DNA of 64,000 nucleotides from Eledone cirrhosa (taxonomy: Eukaryota): NCBI GenBank assembly GCA_964016885.1, contig OZ024740.1, positions 391,840,001 to 391,904,000 on the forward strand, read 5' to 3'. The position numbers and the translations under genes are program-made. Shown here one piece after another: positions 57,280-64,000 of this stretch (its first letter is position 1; each line of letters begins with the position of its first letter). The notes under the pieces are model-generated. The model was not told where the DNA came from. It saw only the letters and a list, made by a program, of their open reading frames with translations, and did no database searches.

Positions 57280-58340
57280 TAGGTTTTACTAAGGAGAGTC
57301 TAATTCTGTTATGGTCGAGCCCAATTTCGGGCAATATTACTTTGTTTACTAAATAGTCTTGATCATTTAGCCAGTTGATGTACGAGTTTGTTTCTATGGG
57401 AAAATGTTATGGCCTTGTATTTAGTTATTCTTTCAAAGGGGCGTTTGTTTAAACGTAGCACTGCTTTGTTGATCTATATTTATTGATTTTCTTATGGACA
57501 ATTCTTTATTATTTTTAGTGGATTTTCCTCGATGTTAACTGTGGATTATCTGCTGTGGTACGTGATTTCCTTCTGTTTATTTTCTAATGTATTTTTGATT
57601 TGGCTGGATTTTTGGAAGCTGGTTTCCATGGGAAATTGTATGATTTTCATCATCTTTTGGGATTTATGTTTGTTTAACTTTGTGTTTATTTTTATATTCC
57701 CTGTTAAGTAACATTAGTCAGCCAGGCACAATGGGATTCATTGATTCTGCATAAGCTTCCAATAATCTGAAAATACGCTTTATAATCTGTTTCTCATGTT
57801 AATATGGACGCTTCGTTATTCTTTGAAACTTTTTCTAGTCTCTATTTATGCCACTTCTTTTCATAATGCTGGCATAATTTTTCAATAATGTCTACATGTT
57901 TGTAGATCTATTCTCTCTTGTGTAAGACTGAAAAGTGAGAAATTGTTTGGTTAATAGTATACTCTCAACTTCCATATATTCTGCAATTACTTAGTGTAGT
58001 TTCATAACCTGAATTTGGTAGTTTCTGATGGAGAAGCTTTGGCCTTGATCCAATCCCAAATCAGTACGAGCTTTTAGTTCTGCAATTTTCACCCGGTGCT
58101 GAGGTCTTTCTTTATCCACATATGTTTTGTTCCGTCTTCTCATGTACTGACCATGTAGAGAGGTTTCTTACTAAAGTGTTGACAATTTGTAGTCCCATTT
58201 CAAGATTTAGTTTTTAGTATTTTAATATTTTCTGGTGTTGATTTTTTCATACTCTTCACAACTGTCTGTTATATTAGCCGCCGTTTTATATTTGATAATT
58301 TCCTTGAAAGTAGCAGAGTTCCGTTCTTTATTTGTAGCTA
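57280..58340 (-). mobile_element. Decayed R4/Dong-like LINE C-terminal region
   Basis: Minus-strand PLHGQYMR (~58140-58165) and DQGQ/QDQ-like motif; heavily disabled. Confidence 0.5.
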
Positions 58341-58430
58341 TTTGCATTAGTTTCCTTTTGTTCTTTGTGGGAATGTTCGTACTCTTATGATAAATATGTG
58401 ATATTTTCTCGTTGTTGCAATGTTTCTAAC

Positions 58431-61400
58431 CTTCTTGTATTTGAAGTTAATATATTTCTGAGTCGGTTTTTGGATTGTGTATTTAGAATTGGTAGAGTCG
58501 GAAAAAATGCGTTTGCGTTCTGTGTTCAAATCGTGCTTAGCACCAACTTTGGAGGAACTTTGAAATACATTTCTAATTGCCCTAATATCTTGAGATAGAA
58601 TTTAAAAAAAAACTATACGAAATCCAGAATTCAAAATCTTACCTCAATGCCAACATTTTCGCCCGATTCAAGATAGTATGGGCTATCACAAGTGTATGTA
58701 AAAAGTAAATACCAAAAAAACAAACAGGTAATTTGATATGTGAGGTTTTACCACTCCTGTAACAAACAGAGACAATTCTGTTATTAAAATATATTTCAAT
58801 TTTCAAGTAAGAGAAGGAAGAGGCTTTTGATTCAATATTAACAGGTAATATGAATGAAGTGAAGAGTAAGACAGAAATATAACATTAGAAACTTGCTTAG
58901 CAACTCTCGAAGATTTAGTAAAATAAAACTTTCGGAATAGAAAAAGAGGAAGAAAACTAAACATTTAATAAGATTAAAAGATCTCCACACTGCCCATGTA
59001 GTAGTGCGGCTTTATTTGAATATGTCTATGTACATATTTGTCTGTGTAAACATTTGTATATGTACTAGGATTTGTTTTCATTTTCTCATGGTATTGATAT
59101 GCGTGTATGTGTGTGTGTGCGTGTGTGTGTCTGTATGTGTGTATGTGTATGCGTGTGTGCGCGCGTATGTGTGTGTGTGTGTGTGGGTGTGCATGTCTCT
59201 GTCACAAAACGTCTTTGACAAATAAATAATCCTCTGGTTAATAAACTAACCGATGAATTGATTAATTACTTGACTGAAAACAAAACCGAAGTGAAACTCA
59301 ACTTGTGTGATTTTATTGACAGCATGGTCCTCTCGAAGAACAATATCTGTTTCAACACTCGATTTCACATCAAAATTCCTGGAGCCACACCACTCTGAGT
59401 TCAAATCCAACTGAAACAGATTTTGAATTTTATTCCACTGAAAATGATGAGATTTGTAACAATAGCATATAAAATTAAAATACTCTACCAAGAGACACAG
59501 CAAAAGGGATATGAATGAATGGAACCATTATGATTCGATCGCTTGTACCTTACTTTTGTAATAATTCCGGTGAATAACTGAATATTCCATCAACGGTAAT
59601 TTTACACAATTCCTGTCCAATATTGCTGAATGTTGAGAAAGACTGTTTAAATAACTTCAGTACCATTGCAATATATTTATAAATCTCTTAAGACAGAACA
59701 CTCTCAATTATTTCTGAAAACTTGATTCCCTTTAGAATCCTTTATCCAAACATAACCGTTGAAATAAATATTCAGCGCAACAATTCTTCTCTAAAACCAA
59801 TTTCTCTCTAATCTCCTATGTGTGACATGAAGATGATTGTTAGATAATTACACATGCATTAGATATGGAAAAATGCTATATGTTAAATTAACGGAAAATG
59901 TGTGATGATGATGATAATAATGGTTTCTTATGTAAGCACAAGACCAGCAATTTTGGCGGAGGGGAAGTCGATTAAATCGACCCCAGTGTGTGACAGGTAC
60001 TTTATTTAATTGACCCCGAAAGTCAAAGTTAACCTCGACGGGATTTGAACTGAGATCATAAAGGGCCGTAACTCTATGCTGCAAAGCATGGCGTCCGACC
60101 CTCTACCGATACTGCCAATCCGATGATGATGATGATGATGATGATGATTTATTTATTGGCCACAAGGGCTGACATATAGGGGACAATACAAAAACAGTGG
60201 GGTTCACAATAAAATCGAGTAAAAAGGATAACAATAGATTAAATAACAATGAAATTCCTCAATAGGGGGAGAACCAGCTAGGAGTGATTCAGGAACCCCA
60301 CCCTACTCTCCAAGAGAGCCATAGGATGATGCCCCTCCCCTCTCTAAACTAGCTAGCCTGCAGGCGCATGGTCAGAATAGGCCCATTCAACGGGACAGTT
60401 TTGCTACATTCACCCGTCTTTTAAGAAATGTACTAGGGGCAGCACTTCCCAATCCTTCCTTTTCAAGTGGAACTTGAAAAAGTTGATGGTGGATTGGCCG
60501 AAGAGGAAAGTATCTGTCATCAGTCTTTTCAGCCGCATCCTCCACACAACCTATTTCGCTACAGCTACCGTGTAAAGGAAAATTACCTGTCCTTCTCAGC
60601 CTAAAGAAGGCGGCGGGGTGATTTTCTTCACGACGGATTCGGTCGGTGTGTATGCGTCTGTGTGTGTGTGTGTTCGATCTTTGAGTCGATGTTACGTGAC
60701 CGCTGGCTCATAGTGGAGATGTGGTGTATATCATCTATTTTTTGGCGTAGAAAAACAAAAATTTAAAGTTCAAATATTATGGGACTTACATCCTCAGGGC
60801 AAAGACTAATGCCTTATGTCCCCTTTGCAACAAAACATATTAAAAAAATATCAATTTAAATGGGTGAAATCAAAGAAAACTTACGGAGCGACGTGTACAC
60901 TTGCCTTAAGGGACTCATTCAAAGATAATAATAATGATAATAATATTAATAAATGATTCAAAGTAAAGAAAATAATTTTTTTGTTTTAATGTCAAGAACA
61001 TCATTGTTCCCTGAGAATGGATTGTCAATTCAATATCTGCCATGTACAAGATAATAAACATGCTGTAAAATCAGAATAGGAAAGTCATTTTATGATTGAA
61101 ATAAATATTGGAAGTATTGTATCTGGGGATCATGTTTTGGTTAGCTTCAAACAAGATACGGAATTGTGTAAAATTGGCTTGTTAGATTTTAGTATATTAC
61201 TCTAGCTCAATAAATAGTATTGTGTTGTATCTTTACTCACGAAACAATACTGGTCACTAAAGTTTTATAACTACACGATTTTAAAACAAATTATAGTCTT
61301 TCTAACAAGAAAACTAACCTTTATGTTTAATGCGTCATTGAATTCTCATTTAAGGCGTCATTGTTTTCACGTTAGGAATATATTGTAAATCTGACTGGCG

Positions 61401-61829
61401 GAAAGTTTTCCTCTGTTGAATATTCAAATCGAACGTTCAAAGTGTACAGAGTAATGAAATGACTTAAAAAGAAATTGAAGTTGTGTAGTAGACAGCTTAT
61501 TAAAAGCTTATACATCATTCTATAATAATGTATTGCTTGCAACAATAGAAGGATAAACCGGATTCAGTTGATGAGCAATGGCCAGTGAGATGAGGTGCAT
61601 GTTTCTCGATTAACATTTCTTTAGATATTCAGCAAATATAAATGTGCTTCTTAAGAACAGATAATATATTTACTTCGTCCAACATAAGAATAGTCTAGCA
61701 AAACTGTTTGCCCCATTATTTAACCTTCCCAAATCATCTAAGACAAAATCTTTCCTACCATTGTCAGTGTCGGGATTGCATTGGTTTTTACTTCCGTTAA
61801 AAATAGAATATAAACATTTTGATTTATTC
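58431..61829 (-). CDS. Tentative host-gene exons 61829-61674, 59642-59549, 59437-59251 and 58588-58431; unknown protein, possibly a pseudogene
   Basis: Each is bounded by AG/GT and phases 2-2-0-1-0 join into an open ~198-aa frame; splice sites chosen by eye, no family recognised. Confidence 0.3.
59915..60121 (-). mobile_element. tRNA-derived SINE flanked by (ATC)n
   Basis: Full consensus including the gtcgatttaatcgac palindrome variant. Confidence 0.9.
60146..60648 (-). mobile_element. Short Tx1-clade 3' fragment ending in (ATC)n
   Basis: Minus strand ESVVKKITPPPS..VVWRMRLKRL..FFKFHLKRK; 3' end gtggccaataaataaa-tcatcatc. Confidence 0.8.
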
Positions 61830-61854
61830 CTGTGCGGAATCTGAACCAACCTAT

Positions 61855-62900
61855 TTCTTCTTCTTCTTCTTCTTGCCCACTTATTCCTGAAGGAGTCGTG
61901 GGGCAGAGTCCTCAAACAATCCTTCCAGCAGGTCCTGTCAGAAGCAACCGTCTCCAACTGATCTAGCTGGATCCCCAAGTGTGACCAGCCAAGCTCATGG
62001 ATGTTATCTAACCATCTTGCTCGGGGTCTACCCATGGGTTTCTCCCAGTTGGTTTTGTCCGTACAAATTTGTCCAGCGATTCTTTCTTAAGACATTGTAA
62101 CAAAATGCCCCTAGTAACGGAGCTGCGATGTCTCAATTCACAGAAGTAGCGGCTCTGCCTAGAGCGAATACTTGACACCTTCGAAAGAACCCCATTTCAG
62201 CTGCTTGTGTTCGCGTTTGTATTCTTTCGATTATTACCTAAGATTCATGACCATAGATAAGGGTTGGCACTAATACTGAATTGAAGATTCAGTTTGACCG
62301 AATGCTAAAGTTAGCGCATTACTTCACCAGATCCTGCTATTCTTGTACTTAATTCAACCTCCTGCCTTCTATCATTTGTGATCACGACCCCATGATACCT
62401 GCTATAATGGAACTACTCTCACATGTACAGTGCACGGCGCTTGTTTCCTTAAGAGACGTGTGTCTTAATCTTCGCAACACAGAGATAACTTTCAAGTGCA
62501 TATCAGAGATAACTTTCTGTCGAGTTAAATAATTGTTTCTACTTTTGGCACAAGGCCAGCAATTATCCCAGTCTATTACTTACTGGTACTTTATTTTATC
62601 GACCCTGTAAGGATGAAAGGCAAAGATAACCTCGGCGGGATTTGAACTCAAATCATAAAGGGGCGTAACTCTATGCGTCAAAGCATGGCGTCCGACCCTC
62701 TACCGATACTGCCAATCCACCACCCTCGAGTTAAATAATATCATGTCGTCTGCAAAATCCATCCGACTGATCCTACATCCGCCAGTCTTGATGCCATTGC
62801 AAACCCGGTCATGTGCTTTTTTCGAGGTCTACGACACAACCATACACCTCTTGGCAATACTCGCACGATTTCTCGAAGAATATTTGTTCGACCGTTAAAT
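61855..62900 (-). mobile_element. RTE-clade LINE 3' fragment with (GAA)n tail, interrupted by a SINE
   Basis: FADD (~62745), GRPRARWLDNI..DRTCW; tail ttcttcttc on the + strand. Confidence 0.75.
62534..62725 (-). mobile_element. tRNA-derived SINE with 14-bp TSD
   Basis: TSD tcgagttaaataat at 62520-62533 and 62726-62739. Confidence 0.92.
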
Positions 62901-63157
62901 GTTGATTATAAAAATTAATGAAACAAAGGCATTCATTATATTGATATAACAGTGTGATGATCGTAATGTTATTAATTATGAGGTGTTGAAGTAAAGTAAA
63001 TTAGTTATATTTCTCGAAGAATATTTGGTTGAATCTTAAGTGTTGATTATAAAATTTAATGGTATTATGATTCAAATGAAACAAAGAGGCATTAATTATA
63101 TTGATATAACAGGGCAATGATCGTTATTAATTATGAGGTGTTGAAGCAAAGTAAATT
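62869..63157 (+). repeat. Tandem duplication of a ~135-bp unit
   Basis: tttctcgaagaatatttg..attaattatgaggtgttgaag.aaagtaaatt occurs twice. Confidence 0.85.
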
Positions 63158-63824
63158 TTCCCTCTCATCAAGTCATTCACAGAACATTATATGACTGTAC
63201 ACATATGTGACAGTAATTATCTTATCTTAGTTGTCAACTATCGAAGATTTCCCACAGATCCAGCTAGTAATGAATTATGTTGCTGTAATAGTTTTAGTTC
63301 TTAAATAGTACGTCTAATGATAGTGTCAGAAAACATTTTCAAAAATGCAGGTTCTAATTTGTACCATTATTTATTAATTGATTGAATTAACAGTTTCTTG
63401 CACTTGGCTTTAGATTTAATTTGCATTTAATGATCAGTCATTTATACTTAACAGGTTTCAGGTGGTGTGGAGATGTTCATGTCAAAAGAACGTCTTAATC
63501 TTACGATATGTGGGAAACGTTTAGACGAAACGTATGGAAGCTTTACCATTTGAATGTATTCTGTCGGAGTCTTATGAAAAAACAATAAAATACTGTAGAA
63601 GAGATTATATTTATTAATATTCCGAGTATAACATTTTACAACTGCATCGCTCAAGGTAAAGATATAACATCGTTGTATGGTACTACTTTATATGAACCTG
63701 AAATGGATTTACACAATAAAAGTTTATTCCTGAGGAAATGGACGTCATATCGGTTGTTTCCCAGTATACTTATTACAGATTATGTTTAAACCACACGATT
63801 CAATTGTAGCAAATTTAGGCCATG

Positions 63825-63864
<40 letters not shown>

Positions 63865-63868
63865 GGCC

Positions 63869-63964
<96 letters not shown>

Positions 63965-64000
63965 GTTGACGAGGTTATAGTATCAACTATAATCTCGTTG

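Noticed and set aside
60781-60822. Hairpin gggac..gtccc with a minus-strand CUGAGGA
   Set aside because: No stem II partner or GAAA downstream; a simple hairpin only.

Overview
Repeat-dominated, AT-rich eukaryotic DNA with very dense (TA)n, (TG)n, (GA)n and (GATA)n microsatellites. The SINE families and overall style suggest an octopus/cephalopod genome, which is an inference. No intact host gene is securely identifiable; there is only a tentative chain of minus-strand exons at about 58.4-61.8 kb. Main contents: (1) a 16-kb head-to-tail array of three diverged Tx1-clade (L1 superfamily) retrotransposons plus a 3' stub, all in one (GATA)n tract at 28.0-44.2 kb, and two more Tx1 3' fragments ending in (ATT/ATC)n; (2) two Penelope-like elements (PLEs), a near-complete Naiad-type RT/GIY-YIG ORF and a Neptune-like fragment, both set in (TA)n; (3) several small non-coding modules flanked by microsatellites that carry type I hammerhead ribozyme (HHR) motifs; (4) about 12 copies of a tRNA-derived SINE, a non-autonomous Helitron, and R4/Dong and RTE LINE remnants. 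The most unusual observation is a ~374-nt unit present as ~1.3 tandem copies (8311-8808). It carries HHR motifs on both strands, back to back, as in viroid-like/retroviroid-like circular RNAs. A second ~610-nt partial-tandem module (52817-53649) may preserve a decayed form of the same layout. All ribozyme folds were done by eye and need computational and biochemical confirmation.
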